A DNA stretch of 63,987 nt, the filler included, from Dirinaria sp. TL-2023a (taxonomy: Eukaryota): the NCBI GenBank assembly GCA_051941275.1. It is 15 parts of 15 records of this genome, joined end to end, with 100 filler letters (N's around TTAATTAATTAA, not from the genome) between each part and the next. Parts side by side here need not be neighbours in the genome. Positions count along the whole stretch, not along the records: positions 47,354 to 51,530 come from JAVEBF010001894.1; positions 51,631 to 55,805 come from JAVEBF010001895.1; positions 55,906 to 60,064 come from JAVEBF010001896.1; positions 60,165 to 63,987 come from JAVEBF010001959.1; 11 more parts are not named here. One strand, given 5' to 3'. The notes below the pieces were generated by a model. It saw only the letters and a list, made by a program, of their open reading frames with translations, was not told where the DNA came from and ran no database searches. Position numbers and translations under genes: made by a program. The stretch's first letter is position 1; every line of letters begins with the position of its first letter. This document shows, piece after piece, positions 48,947-61,601 of this stretch.

Positions 48947-51530
48947 ATGGTTCTTTGGTTTCTGGCTCTTCCTCTGCTAAGGACCGTTGCAGCAGCACCT
49001 GGTATAGTCTTTCCCGTCAACTCGCAGGTCCCACCGGTCGCTCGGGTATCGAAAGCGTTTCAGTTCACATTCGCACTTTCAACATTTTCTTCCGATGCAG
49101 GGAGTACCAACTATACCTTGTCAGGCGCACCGAGATGGCTACAGCTCGACAGTCTAAGCCGGTCTTTATTCGGGACACCGGACCCACAGGATGCTGGGGC
49201 ACCTACATTCAACCTGGTTGCTTCGGACCCCACGGGATCCTGTGCAATGGCCGTGACACTGGTTGTTTCTGCAGAGCCCGGACCGAGCTTGGGCAGACCA
49301 GTAGCAGATCAGCTGGCAGTATTTGGAGGGTTCTCGAGTCCCCAAAGCTTGATTATGGCCTATGCTAGTCCGCTCAGCCTTTCCTTTTCGCGAGACACAT
49401 TTACCAACACCAACGGAAATACTGTATATTATGCGCTTTGCGCCAACAATACCCCTTTACCTTCTTGGATAAGTTTCGACCCGGCCAATCTTGCATTCTC
49501 GGGGACCACTCCGCAATCGACATCGCCCGGGGAGCTATCCCAAATATACAACATATATCTTACAGCATCTGACGTTGTAGGCTTTGCTGGAGCCATTGCC
49601 TCGTTCCAAATAGTGGTGGAGACCCACATATTTGAATTCGGGCCGGAACCGAAACAGGTAGACACAACACCAGGAGTCTTTGTCAATTATTCGGGACTTC
49701 AAAATAGCCTTACTCTGGATGGCATACCAGTCAATATTAGCGAGCTTAGCCAAGTGGCGACCAATGCGCCTTCCTGGTTATCTCTAGATAATGAGACGCT
49801 TATTCTTTCAGGCTCTCCGCCTGATGATGTGTCCTCCACTAATTTCACGATATCCGCTACAGATAAGTATGGGGATCAGGCAGACACCACCGTTTTCATT
49901 CAGACATCCAATAGCACCACATGCTCCCTATTACCAAATACACTGGGACCTGTCAATGCCACAATTAATTCGGTGTTTGCCTATTCCTTAGGGGGTGCGC
50001 TGGACTCGACTCCGGATCTCCTAGTTGCGGTGGATCTCAGTGATACCCCTTGGTTGAAATTTGATCCGACTAGTAGAACAATAGAAGGAAACGTACCAAA
50101 TAATATCAAGCCGGGGGAAGTACGCTTAGGGATCACGGCAACTGAAGGGGGCAGAAGTCAAAATGCGACGCTTACGATCGATATTATCCCGCGAGCAACC
50201 ACTAGCAGTGCTCCGAGTACGAGTGGTCCCTCTTCAACAGTTGGTGGTGGAAGACCTGCATCTCCATCTTCCACAAGCGGTACACATGATTCCGCAGCTG
50301 GCTTGTCAGTCAACGGAGCGCATACAAAGAAGTGGATAGCCGCCGCAGTTGTCGTGCCCTTGCTCGCCGCTCTTGGTGTTTGCATCATGCTATTATGCTG
50401 GTGTCGGAAAAGAAGGCGGATCTCTAAACAGGGCTATATGAAGCCTTCAAAGGAGCAAGTTTCAAGGCCAAGACCGATTTCGGCATTCAATATGACGTCT
50501 TTCATGCCCCCTCGAAAGCCATCGTCCACGCCAAGGCCACCATCAAGCATCATACAAGGCGAAGCACTCCGTAGTCGTATCCCGGCTTTCCAGCATCGGA
50601 GTATCGACAGCATACTCCAAGAAAAAGCCTCTTCAAACCCACCCAAGGTTGACCTCAAACGTCAATCTCGAAGTCTCTTCTCTGCCGTTGGTTTGCCTCA
50701 AGAGCCTTACGCAGCGTTACTAGCAGCGGAATCAACACCCACGTACGAATTAGCGCCCGAAGATCAGCAGAGGCTGTCACAAAGCTCGAAAGGGACTTCA
50801 AAAAAGACCCGATTGTCGAGAGTTCCGGATATCTCAGAGATATCGCACGGCTGGCGCCCACACCAAACTTCTGTGCAGACAAAGCGCCGTTCTGCAGTAA
50901 GTATCGGCAGCTCCGCAACACCGTTCATAAGTTGCGTAAGTGGCTTCGGACACGGTCGCAATGGTCTCAGCGGTAGCAGTGTGGGCCGTGGCCGAAGCAT
51001 AGGCTTAGGCCACGGCAATGGCGGTCCGCCAGGCCACGGCACTGTTCGAGATTCGTGGCGGAGCCCGTCGAAACCAGCATCAGGCAGCTGGGCGACCACA
51101 ACAGACAGTTCTTCGAGCAAGCATCCTAGAAGCGAACGCTCGCAGACTTTGGCGTCGAATCTACGCTCTTTTCCTCGACCGCCAACCTCGAATACCATAG
51201 ATCGTCTCTTCCAACCACAAGCCATAAAAGAAGCTTCAGAGAACTGGGCCAGGAAGCGACCCACCATTCGAAGAGTGTTCTCAGGTACAAATGACCTTTG
51301 GCCGGCGCGCAAAGAATATCTTGAGAAGCGTGCCCGCCATCGTGACAGGGATAATACCCTCTTCGCAGCCAAAACCTCCTCTCGCACCTCATCCCAGCTG
51401 CTCTCCTCCCAAAAATCCATCCACGAAAGTCCACCGCCCCTCCCCTTCTCTACCTCCAGCTACTCATCGAACAACCATCACCCCCTTGATTCCGAACCCA
51501 CCGTCGAGAGAAACAACAAGCCAACGACCC
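48947..51530 (+). CDS. AXL2: Axl2/Bud10-like polarity landmark membrane glycoprotein, 3'-truncated
   Basis: Signal peptide, FPVNSQVPPVARV, repeated cadherin/Ig-like units (PRWLQLD, PSWISFD, PSWLSLD, PWLKFD), an S/T stalk and a single TM segment (WIAAAVVVPLLAALGVCIMLLCW) followed by RKRRR. Confidence 0.88.
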
Positions 51531-51630
51531 NNNNNNNNNNNNNNNNNNNNNNNNNNNNNNNNNNNNNNNNNNNNTTAATTAATTAANNNNNNNNNNNNNN
51601 NNNNNNNNNNNNNNNNNNNNNNNNNNNNNN

Positions 51631-54600
51631 GTAATGGGGGTGGCCAAGTTTGCGGGCGGTTTGTGTGGAGGGTTTCTTCCTACTTTTCATCTTCCCCATA
51701 TTTCGAATCTAGCTTCTTTCATCTCTCTCCGAGCTATTTCAGCCTCTACTTTGTATATACTTTTTGCAGTAATTAGCCAATAGAGATGCTATGACAGCAA
51801 TGATCTCCCTTGCTCTTTGCTTTTTGGAGACCGCCTTTTCCTTCTGCTCCTTTATGACATTTCATTGCTTCTTCAGCTTTTTCAACTGCTCGCGCGTTGA
51901 TTCATTTCATGCAGTCATCTCGTTTTCTCTCTGCTTTGACGTCGATCTCAGACGGAAGTCGGCTGTTCTTGGAGAGTGATTGAAGCTGATAAAAAGGGGA
52001 ATATAGCTGCGTACGACGATTGTTAAAAGGAACGCGTCTGTTGAGACGCGAGATTGTTTCAAAATTCTGCTGTACTCGTATCAGCTGTAGCTACCAAGCT
52101 GTCTGATCGTAAGCAGCTGAAGAAATGGTTGCTATTTGCGCAATAGAGTTCATATGATCGTCAAAGAATCTTTCTAAGTAGATGTAAATGCCGACAATTC
52201 CGATTCTTACTCCATGAACGAACCACCGTTGAACTCTAGTTCTAGTTTTCTAGTAGCGCTCAGAGCTTAATTTCATCTTGAGAAGTCAGCAGCAGCTTAA
52301 GTTAGCTAGATGATTTTTCTATGAGAAAAAAAAAAGATGAGAAATTGTGTTTTATTCCTTTGCTTTGTGTAAGATATACTAATCTGTTCAATGATGAAAC
52401 ATAGAGTTTTAGTGTACGGGAAACTGAATTCTAATGAGAAGCCCACTATCTGTCTAAAATCCGAGAATTTGATCTCTGATTTGCAGCTTAAACAGAACCA
52501 AATAAATAGACTGCAGCGTTTCTTTTGAATGTTTTTGGATGAATCAATCTACTCGATCATACTAAAAAAGAGCGCGAAAGGCTGTTTCTTCATCTATCAG
52601 CGAGTTATAGTGCGTTTGCATTGTAAACTTATTGTTAACTATCCTTCACAACTTCTTAGCTTTAATCAACATATAAATTGTTAATCGTAAAGTAATAGAT
52701 TTCCTAGAAAGCATCATGAATGTTGAGAATTGAGGATTGAATCTCGTTCAGATGCACTCGAAAGCCGTGAGAATGCTGCACTTAGCGCTTTTCGCCAATT
52801 GCTCAATGGTCCTCACCTTAGAACTAGATTCTCGTAGTCGATATCATGTGCAAAACCGACTTAGACTCAATGATGAATAATAAATTTGAAAAAGATAGTT
52901 TCGTATTATATCATGATCGGCAGGAGGAGAACCAGAATCTCAAGATCTAAATACCTGAATTTTTAGTCTCATACTGAGCACATTGAAATTCCAGAACACG
53001 GACTGTGTCAGTGCTAGTCTAATTGTCGTGTCTGTGGATGCAGAAATCTGTCCTTAGTGCGCTGTGTACTGGCTGTGACTTGATAAATACAGACCCGTAC
53101 CACACAGATAAATCGTCATCTGATACGTGTTTGACATGCTCGGCTGCATTGTCCGGATTCACGATGACTCGAGTTCTTGCATTGAGGTAGAAATGCACTC
53201 GTTTATGTGCTCAGCCACGAATCGTTTTACTCTCGACGAGCGAGCACAGTTGATTCAGCGTTTCGCAGTCGTGTTTCTTTTTTCTGAATGGAAATTTCCA
53301 GTACGCACGTCAGAGGTATTCCGTCCCTTTTTGCATAATTTGTGCAAACGGGTACGCTGCACACAGAGATATTTCTCTTGACCTCTATTACCGCGAGGTT
53401 AAACAACTTTTATGAAAAGTTTGTGCGGGGTCTTTCAAGATTGTGTCCATCGATATGGGATTTTCCAGTCATTATCAGGAAATCGTGCTGGGACTGAATT
53501 GTTTCTTCTCACTCTGTTGTTTTTCTAAATTTTTTTTCAGAATTTACTGAAATTTTTACTGTGGCTTTCACTTGGCAAATCATACAAGTCGCGCGTAATC
53601 GTCGCGGATATGTGGAGACAGTTACTCCGTACGGAGTCTGAAGCTGCGTCGGTCCATTCTCCTTTATGACGTTACAAGAAAACCCTCTGAAATGACATTC
53701 AGTTCACGCACGATCTGTCGTATTTCGGATACATGAGATGTCTTTAAGTTTTTGTATTACGAAAGTGTTAAAGTCTTTTTGATATCATTTCCGCCAATCA
53801 AATAACACTTTTGTCAATCTCATTCGATTTCTTGATCTATTCGTTAATATGCAATTGCAACCGCCGAGGGTAATTTGAATTGAGAAAGAGACATCGTGCT
53901 TCACGAAACTAAGTCTTCGATTTGCGCTTTGCTGCAGTTCAAAAATGTGGCTGATTAGTCGATCTCCTGAATGTCAGCATCATCAATGAGTCTCAGTTAT
54001 TTTCGATCAAATATCGAGACACTCGAACTTGGTGTCTAGCGTTGGCTTTCGGGTCGAGCTTGATCCTCAGAGCACGTATTGAACGAAGTTATCTCGTCGC
54101 TTAACGCGTCCATTAGATTGTCAGGGAGCGTAGAGGGGTTCAGAGTCTTCAAGAACTCCTTGAGTGAGTTCGTTATCCTGACTTAGCCTGCTCTTACAGC
54201 GTCAATTTTATGCTATCTATTGAGCTGCTTATCAGCATTGTCTTGACCTTGCTGGAAGCTGTTGTCTGTTTTTTTCCTTCGCTGATCGGTACGAGAATTT
54301 GTGAAACTCTCTTTGAGTCTTTCAAACGACTTGAAAAACTTTTCGCACGATTAGCCAGCTAATCTCTCTGTTCTTTTGCTCCCTCTGCTTCATTGCTTCT
54401 TCTGATTCGACCTTCGTTCTAGTCTTCGCAGCTTATGCGTAAGAGTTTGTAAAGACTGCCGTAAATCTTTTTTACTTTAAAGTAGCATTGGTGGTTCACA
54501 AAAAAGACGCCGTTCTAAACACGTTCCATCAATTTTCGTGTGCCAATGGGGATTCGGAAAATGATCATGGTCAGTGTAGTTGTGATTGCATGAACGCGCA

Positions 54601-55805
54601 GTTCCATTTCTTTGATTTGCATTATTAAAGCGGATAATGTCGAACTCTTGCTGTACCAATTTCCTAGTCAGTCTTCTCATTTCTGATTTTAAATTCTCTT
54701 TCATTCATTCCGCGTATTGCGTTGTCGAGTTCTTCTTATGAGATAGCGTGAGTGTGATTTTGCTTTCGTCTGTCGCTCCTGAGCGCTCTTGTTCATGGAT
54801 TTAACCAGCAATCTGCTGATGCTCCTCAAGTGATAGGGTATAATAGAGGGACATCGCTGCTTATTCTACAGCCGAAACGGCAATATCAATTACCCGACTC
54901 ATTCTAAGGATCTGGGATAGCCTTCGAGCTGCCACCACGAGGTTGTGAAATAAGAGCTTTAATCTGCTTGAATCACTGTGAACTTATATCTATCCGAGCG
55001 TTTGACGCTGAATTAATAGAACCATCCCACTGCGTCAATGGTGTAGCTGTACGGGAAACCAGCTACTGCGCCAATAATGTCGGCTTGTAGAGACAAGGGG
55101 TAGGTATCCACTTCCGTGATGTCGTTTAGACCTCGGATGTCTATAACGGCTCTGCCCTTGCGGCATTCGGGGGGATCTCGCCGTACGACGAAAACTGGAT
55201 AGCTAAATGGCGTTGGCTGCGTTGTAAACGCCATTTTACCCTGCTCATAAAGCTTATCGAATGTCCTATTCACTAGAGATGTGGATAGGTGAGTATCTGT
55301 CGTGACTCAATCAGAACCTTGCACTCTCCCTGTGCTTCGAAATTTTCATTTGCGTATTCGCGTTTTTGAATTGTTTCTCAATGATATCGATCGTTCGATC
55401 TGACTCAGTCTTAAGAATCGTACAGTGCTTTTGCATCTCGTACATGTTTTCAAAAGTCATTGACCACTTCATAATCTTGCTTGGTTGAATGTTGGGACGC
55501 TTTTAGTCCACAATCAGAAAGAAGTTCTAGCTAGGGATCAAAATTTCAAGTTCTGTATCTTGGCAAGAGTTGAGGTCGGTGGCTGGAAAAGCTCATGACA
55601 AAAATTTCTCAAGCTGGCGATCAGAATGCAAGACATAATTTTCACCGCTGAGGGAACAGATGGCATCCAAGGAGTTAAAAGAATGAAACAAAACAGAATT
55701 AACATCATCACCGCCACGTTCGCCTTGATGTAACTTATTCTCCTGATTATCAGTTGTTGTGTTGATAAATTCTGAAGGATTCGATGTAGCGTACAAGTAT
55801 ATAGA
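51631..55805. mobile_element. Contig of degenerate repeat/transposon-derived DNA
   Basis: No intact gene, AT-shifted with CC/GG depletion over much of its length, and contains a retrotransposon RT fragment. Confidence 0.55.
55013..55273 (-). mobile_element. Ty3/gypsy LTR-retrotransposon reverse transcriptase fragment
   Basis: FDKLYEQGKM..TPFSYPVFVV..KGRAVIDIRGLN..DTYPL..IDAVGWFY matches the N-terminal RT motifs of fungal gypsy elements. It ends at TAA. Confidence 0.85.
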
Positions 55806-55905
55806 NNNNNNNNNNNNNNNNNNNNNNNNNNNNNNNNNNNNNNNNNNNNTTAATTAATTAANNNNNNNNNNNNNNNNNNNNNNNNNNNNNNNNNNNNNNN
55901 NNNNN

Positions 55906-55937
<32 letters not shown>

Positions 55938-56442
55938 GGTTTACAGAACCTTGATAATAAAGAAGACCGGAAGAATAGAAGGAATACATTGATTCTCATG
56001 ATAACGTTCAGCTAAGACTACATTTATTTTAAGTAAAAAGACATCCGAAAGACAATAGTGGTCAATCCGATGGATGGAGATCGAAGGTTACGAAAATGAG
56101 TATCGAGTATCATTCTTGTCCCCATACAAGGTAATATTAGGATTTTTGTTAGCTAATGAAAGCGATAGATTGAGAATTAAAAACCCATTACACTAACCAT
56201 CTACGTATCATTAATAAACTAAGCCGAAATCCATGATCTATGATACGTACGTACAGTAATACTTGACCACCCGCCTGCTCTAAGGTAAGGTAAGGGATGC
56301 CCCATGAAGGTTACCTACCTACCTTACCCTATATATACATTGAAAGCTACCTTAAAGTATCGAACATGCCATGTAAAAACCTCAAAAACCGCTTCTACCT
56401 TAGTATATGTATGTACTCGTACGTCCTACTTACTTACTTAAC

Positions 56443-58380
56443 TTACATCACGACTTTCGCTTCAGCGGCCACATTCTTCCATCCAGAGGACAGGGTACTA
56501 CTCCTCTTGCGCGCCAGATCGAGTTCCCTCAGCACCGAATCTTCCACGCGCGAGAACGGGCGGTTTTTCATGTTATTCTCATTATTATTATTATTGCCGA
56601 CGGTTTTCGAAGAAGGAGGAGGCTGCAGCGCAGGCTGATTCTCCTTATCCGAGTCATCATCATCATCATCGAACACCAACCCAGATGTGCTTCGCTGCAA
56701 CCTCGGTCCGTAGATATCGAGTGACGTCTGAGGCCTCGACGAGGTAGGCCGCATAGCCCGTGTATCTGCGGTGGTGGTATTATTCGTGCTTCGCGAACCG
56801 AGGACCATGTGTGATCGTCGGTGCTGGACTTTTCTTCGTCGCGGGCTTCCGTCGAGTTGCAGCGCGACGTCTCGAAGCTCGGGTGATGGTAAAGTGCTGG
56901 CTTTCACCCTGTCGTACGATCGTTCACGAGCGGCGGCGAATGCTCGGCCGGCAGTGTACCTGTACGGAGAACCGGTCTTGAACAGATGATCCCTGTGCTT
57001 GTGTTCCACGGCCGCGGCGACCTGAGCTAGCGAATTGGGAGGGATGTCGACCGAACTCGGGTGGATGATGGTGATGGGGAGTTCGACCATGAGCCGCTTC
57101 GAGAACGAACAGGATATGCGCACGCTCAGGAAGAAGCGGACACCGAAGAATCGACCGGTTTCAACGGAAACAAGTCCAATTGGAAGCTCGAGGCGGCAGG
57201 TTCTGATGACCTCTGAGTTCGGAAAGACTGCATCTTGGGGCCCTTTCATCGTTTTCCGAGTAACAACCTCCTTTATGCATTGATCTGGTAGACGTAGCGA
57301 ACCTGTGATGCCACTTTGACTCGAGGCAGCGGATTTGTACAAGAGGGTCGCTTTCTCCAAGAGGATTTCGATCTTGTCCACCTTCTTATGGCTGCCGTTA
57401 ACGACTAATATATCGACGAAGACAATATAGCCACTGATCCACGTCTGACGATGAAGGCCTGCAGTGAGTTTGATCGAAGCCGAAACCCCAGCACGCGGAA
57501 TGTGGAGCTCATCGGAAGCAACCAAGGGACTGGAAAGGTTAACCAGGGCTTTTTCAGCTGGTCGCATGTCAGAATGAACTGCCGTCGTTACATTTAGACA
57601 CATACGGTCATGTACTGTCAATACCGCGATCTCCTGAGATACGCGCGCGAAATGGATCTTCTCATCAACACGGATCTCGACAGTGGTGCTCAACAAGTAT
57701 TTGATCCCTAGCTTTCTCGCTTTGTATGGCGCCGGACCCACATAGACAGGCAAATCCAAACGGAATGGCAAGGAAGAAACAGACGGACGAGCTTCCCAAA
57801 CAGTATCAGACGCTGAGAATCCTTCTGCCAGCATTTCCGCTGGGGGTGGATGGTCTTCATCAATCAGGTCCGTGGCCAGAGTTTGAAAAATCCACTGCCT
57901 TCCATTACAGTACTCCACACCGATGAGGCTTATCACCACCCGCCCCATTGACATTGGCGTACGCCCCTTGTTTCGTTCAATGGGCTTGCCGCCATCGATG
58001 GTGAGGTGAACATCACCCTCGACGGTGGCGCCGCCAACACACAGTGGAGCCGAAAGTCCGATCGCAACCGCGATGCGAGGGTGATGTACGCGGGGGAATT
58101 CCAGGATGTCTGTTGGAAGCACCGGCGGGACAAACGTCCTCGAAGGGGCTCGGCGTAATCCGACACGTCCATGTGGGCGTATAGGGGATGTTGATCGTCC
58201 ACGCGATGGGATGGTTCTGGATTGCCGTTGCTGGGAGCTGGAGGGAGTCGTCAATCCTCTCGCTGAAGCAGGGCGTGCTGTTAAGGCGTTTTGCGAAGAT
58301 CTTCGCTTAGGCACATTCAACCTTCGCCGTAGTGATGGATCAGCAGGCACAGAGCCGGTTGGAGGATGGCGCTTCCCCAT
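56443..58380 (-). CDS. Arrestin-domain protein
   Basis: Arrestin-fold strands (VEGDVHLTI, SLIGVE, LPFRLDLP, LHRQTWISG, VELPITIIHP). A probable in-frame 48-nt intron at 57605-57558 (GTATGT..CTGAC..CAG) gives LTVHD|PEKAL. The start is uncertain. Confidence 0.78.
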   Translation of the reverse strand: MGKRHPPTGSVPADPSLRRRLNVPKRRSSQNALTARPASARGLTTPSSSQQRQSRTIPSRGRSTSPIRPHGRVGLRRAPSRTFVPPVLPTDILEFPRVHHPRIAVAIGLSAPLCVGGATVEGDVHLTIDGGKPIERNKGRTPMSMGRVVISLIGVEYCNGRQWIFQTLATDLIDEDHPPPAEMLAEGFSASDTVWEARPSVSSLPFRLDLPVYVGPAPYKARKLGIKYLLSTTVEIRVDEKIHFARVSQEIAVLTVHDRMCLNVTTAVHSDMRPAEKALVNLSSPLVASDELHIPRAGVSASIKLTAGLHRQTWISGYIVFVDILVVNGSHKKVDKIEILLEKATLLYKSAASSQSGITGSLRLPDQCIKEVVTRKTMKGPQDAVFPNSEVIRTCRLELPIGLVSVETGRFFGVRFFLSVRISCSFSKRLMVELPITIIHPSSVDIPPNSLAQVAAAVEHKHRDHLFKTGSPYRYTAGRAFAAARERSYDRVKASTLPSPELRDVALQLDGSPRRRKVQHRRSHMVLGSRSTNNTTTADTRAMRPTSSRPQTSLDIYGPRLQRSTSGLVFDDDDDDSDKENQPALQPPPSSKTVGNNNNNENNMKNRPFSRVEDSVLRELDLARKRSSTLSSGWKNVAAEAKVVM

Positions 58381-59984
58381 GGCATGCCAGCCCAATGGCC
58401 AGGTCCACGTCGCCTCGGTGCAAGTGTGAAGACGTTGTTGGGGGTGTCAATCATTGTAACCATAGACGGAAGGAATCGGAATGAAGGCGCGGCGGATGCG
58501 CCATTACCACCGAAACTGCTGATCGAAAGGAAAGTGCGTGGGACCCGAGCAATAGGCTAATAGCAGAGCAGACAGAGCAACCCACGAGCAGCTTCTTGAA
58601 TCCATCGCTCCACTACTTTACTACCTAGGTAGGTAGGTAGGTAGTGTTCTCCGAACCATGGCTTGCTTGCCTTAGGCATCCACAATCATGGAAGCAGGGC
58701 ATTACCTCACCCTACCCTACGCTGTCCACCAAAATGTATCCACCATGTAATCCCACACAATACCTAGAAGGTATCTAGGATAGAGGGATGATTACCATGA
58801 TTAGGTCCCACCGGTACAGTGACGTTGGAAACCCGAGGGAGGATCCTGTGCGTGTCACCTGCCCCAGTGCGCCGGCAAACAGGAATGAAACGGTGCATGC
58901 AGTGGCGATCAATGCTGCAATGCACTGAATGCATGCTTGTCAGGATCTTTCATTTGAGATTTGATGCTAAAGTCGATATCGCCACGTGAGTTGCGGGCAC
59001 TAGTGTACGCTTACTTGCACCCCCGTTCGAGCCTCGCCAGTCGAGCACCCAAAGGGACGACGTCAACTCCTGTCTTCTACTTCTACTGGATGGGCATCGA
59101 CATGTGCAGCTTCCGAGGATATGTAAGATGATGTCCCAGTCAGTCAGGTATAGCCAGGAAAAGATTTTCATTCGTGTCCCATTGGACGCTTCAAAAAGTG
59201 GAGCGACCTAGGTTGCGCCTTCTAGGTTGCGCCTTTTGCATCGGCGAGCTCCATAGCAATCATAATAAGGTACTGTACGAGTAACAAATTGCGACCCAAG
59301 GGGGGTGAAAAAATTTGAACCAACACGACTACACGAGCCCGCCAAGGATGGACCTCCCCCCGCTTTCAGTAAGATGAACCCCGTCCAGTTGGAGCTCTAC
59401 TCCGCTGCTAACAACAACAACGATCCCATCATACCTGGCTGAGGTACTAAGGTAGGTAAGGTATCTTACTATTGAACATGCTTTCAATCTCATCTGCAGC
59501 CTTGTCAGGGGAAAAAGGTCAGAGCCGGGGGGAGTGGGTAGGGGTAAGGGCGAGAAGGCATGAAGATCTACTTGAAACTTACAAGGCTTGATATTGGAAT
59601 AATATGGATTATGGAAAACCTAAAGAAGGCGGAGATTGAATCTGGAGTTGGGGGGTTGGTAACTTTGGTGGGAGGTTCAGTGGGTGGTTCAGAGTTTTCC
59701 TCGGAGAAGGTCGACTGGTCAAGCTGGTTTGAACGCCTCCGACGTGAGCGCAGGAAGCGGAAGTCGCCAGTCCTTCTCTTTCTCCACTCGCGCTACGCTT
59801 CTAACGGCACTCCGATCCACTAGTGCGGGCTGGTCAGGCCAATGACACCATCATCTTCCCATTAAGCGAACCATTCCTTCAAACCAGCCGAATTGCTTGT
59901 CCGCCCCAAGGCCAAGGGCCAAACTTCAAATCTAGCGAACCCTTCACAGCAAACTGGAACTGCGCTGCTCGCTTTTCCGGCCTT

Positions 59985-60063
59985 TTACCCTTACCTTACC
60001 TTAGGTACCTGACTTTACCTGACCTTCACTACCTTACCTACTACCCTTACCGTACTTACTACC
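59985..60063. repeat. CCTTA/CTTAC low-complexity array at contig end
   Basis: TTACCCTTACCTTACCTTAGGTACC..TACCTTACCTACTACCCTTACC, the reverse complement of the TAAGG motif. Confidence 0.8.
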
Positions 60064-60164
60064 CNNNNNNNNNNNNNNNNNNNNNNNNNNNNNNNNNNNN
60101 NNNNNNNNTTAATTAATTAANNNNNNNNNNNNNNNNNNNNNNNNNNNNNNNNNNNNNNNNNNNN

Positions 60165-61067
60165 GACTCTCCTCCTGCAGAACATTCTAGAGCTGAGCTG
60201 CCAGTGATTCCTTTAAGTAGAACAAGAGAAAGACTTTATTCGTCGAAATCGCAAGCTTTGACTAGTCCACGATCATTGCTCACTGTCGAGACGCAAAGCA
60301 CCATATCTTCCTTCAGGCGTACATCCTCATCGTCATTTGGCTCTGAGCCGATAACAGCCCAAACCTCACTCCTAGAGCCCAGTACGAGTATATCTATCAA
60401 CCTCCTTACCCAGGTCCAGAACGGCGCTTACCACATGGTGGAATTCTTGCTCAACCGAGGCGAGGATATCGAGCAGATCGAAGAACAGATCGACATGACT
60501 CTCTTGCTGGTTGCCGCCAAGCTGCACAACAAAAACATATGTCGTCTTCTATTGACAAATCAAGCAAACAAAGCGAATATTCATGCTCAGTGCTCAGAAG
60601 GCCGAAGCGTTCTGCACGCCGCTCTTTCAGGATATGGAGGAGAAGACATGATCCCTCTGCTCCTAGAACACAAAGCCGATCCGAACGTAGTCGACAAGAA
60701 TGGAAAAACCCCTCTCCATTACTGCGCCGAACAAGGAAAGAAAGATGCGGCGCAAGAACTACTCGCTGTAAACGCGGCAATGGAAGCCAAAACCCACACG
60801 GGAGAAACACCCCTGCGCCTGGCAATCCGGCGGAAGAAGGGAGACGTGGTGGAAGTCTTACTAAACGCCGGAGCAGAAGTGGATGATACGAGCCAAAGGA
60901 CACCGACGACTCCGCACATCGACTACCTACTGAAGAAACATCTCGGACAGCTTTCGAGCCCACGCCGGAGATCAGGGACCGAAAGAATCAGTCGACAGAA
61001 TTCGGCAGGTACCCAAAGTTCACTGTTTTCTTTTTCTCGCCTCCGTCAGCAGCGCCGCGATAGTTGA
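60165..61067 (+). CDS. Ankyrin-repeat protein, C-terminal part (5'-truncated)
   Basis: Ankyrin repeats GRSVLHAA, GKTPLHYCA and GETPLRLAI..VVEVLLNAGA. The frame appears open from the contig start. Confidence 0.85.
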   Translation, partial: DSPPAEHSRAELPVIPLSRTRERLYSSKSQALTSPRSLLTVETQSTISSFRRTSSSSFGSEPITAQTSLLEPSTSISINLLTQVQNGAYHMVEFLLNRGEDIEQIEEQIDMTLLLVAAKLHNKNICRLLLTNQANKANIHAQCSEGRSVLHAALSGYGGEDMIPLLLEHKADPNVVDKNGKTPLHYCAEQGKKDAAQELLAVNAAMEAKTHTGETPLRLAIRRKKGDVVEVLLNAGAEVDDTSQRTPTTPHIDYLLKKHLGQLSSPRRRSGTERISRQNSAGTQSSLFSFSRLRQQRRDS

Positions 61068-61601
61068 GTCACGCGCCCTTTTTTTTAACTGCTCGAACGA
61101 AGAAGGTTCCCTCGGCATACCTCTGGGGATTCGGACAAGATCAAGAATTATGTATGTATGTAAGTGTGCTGGATCATGATATTAGGAAATGAGGGATTTA
61201 GCAAGGTGTTTGGGAAATCCATAAGCGTAACGATTTGTGGGGGACTGACGAGTTGGCATTATTGGTATATAATTCATGAATTTCTCATGATTGACTTGGT
61301 CTGTTAAGTGTTGGGGATAGACTGTTGAAGGGATTTGAAACTTCTCTTAAGTGGCGACACTGGTTTATTAGCCGCGGGCCGGTCGGTATCCAATCAGGAT
61401 TTTTTGATTTTTTTTTTTTTCCAAAGAGAGCAAATTTTCGAATAAATATTTTGAAAATTGTTGATCGTTATATAGCACCACTATGACTACATACATTTAT
61501 TAACATCAGCCGTAAAGACAAACAGTAGCAGATTTAAAACCCGGAAAGGAAAAAAAAAAAAAAAAAAACAAGGTGCTACCGCGGTTAAATAAGTCCGTAG
61601 C

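Noticed and set aside
59208..59237. 15-nt tandem duplication CTAGGTTGCGCCTTT (also a 12-nt duplication near 19571 and (TAGTGC)n near 629)
   Set aside because: These are ordinary slippage duplications with no further structure.
4233..60164. Regularly spaced TTAATTAATTAA repeats every ~4.3 kb (CRISPR- or satellite-like)
   Set aside because: These are assembly linkers embedded in N runs. The spacing reflects size-sorted contigs.
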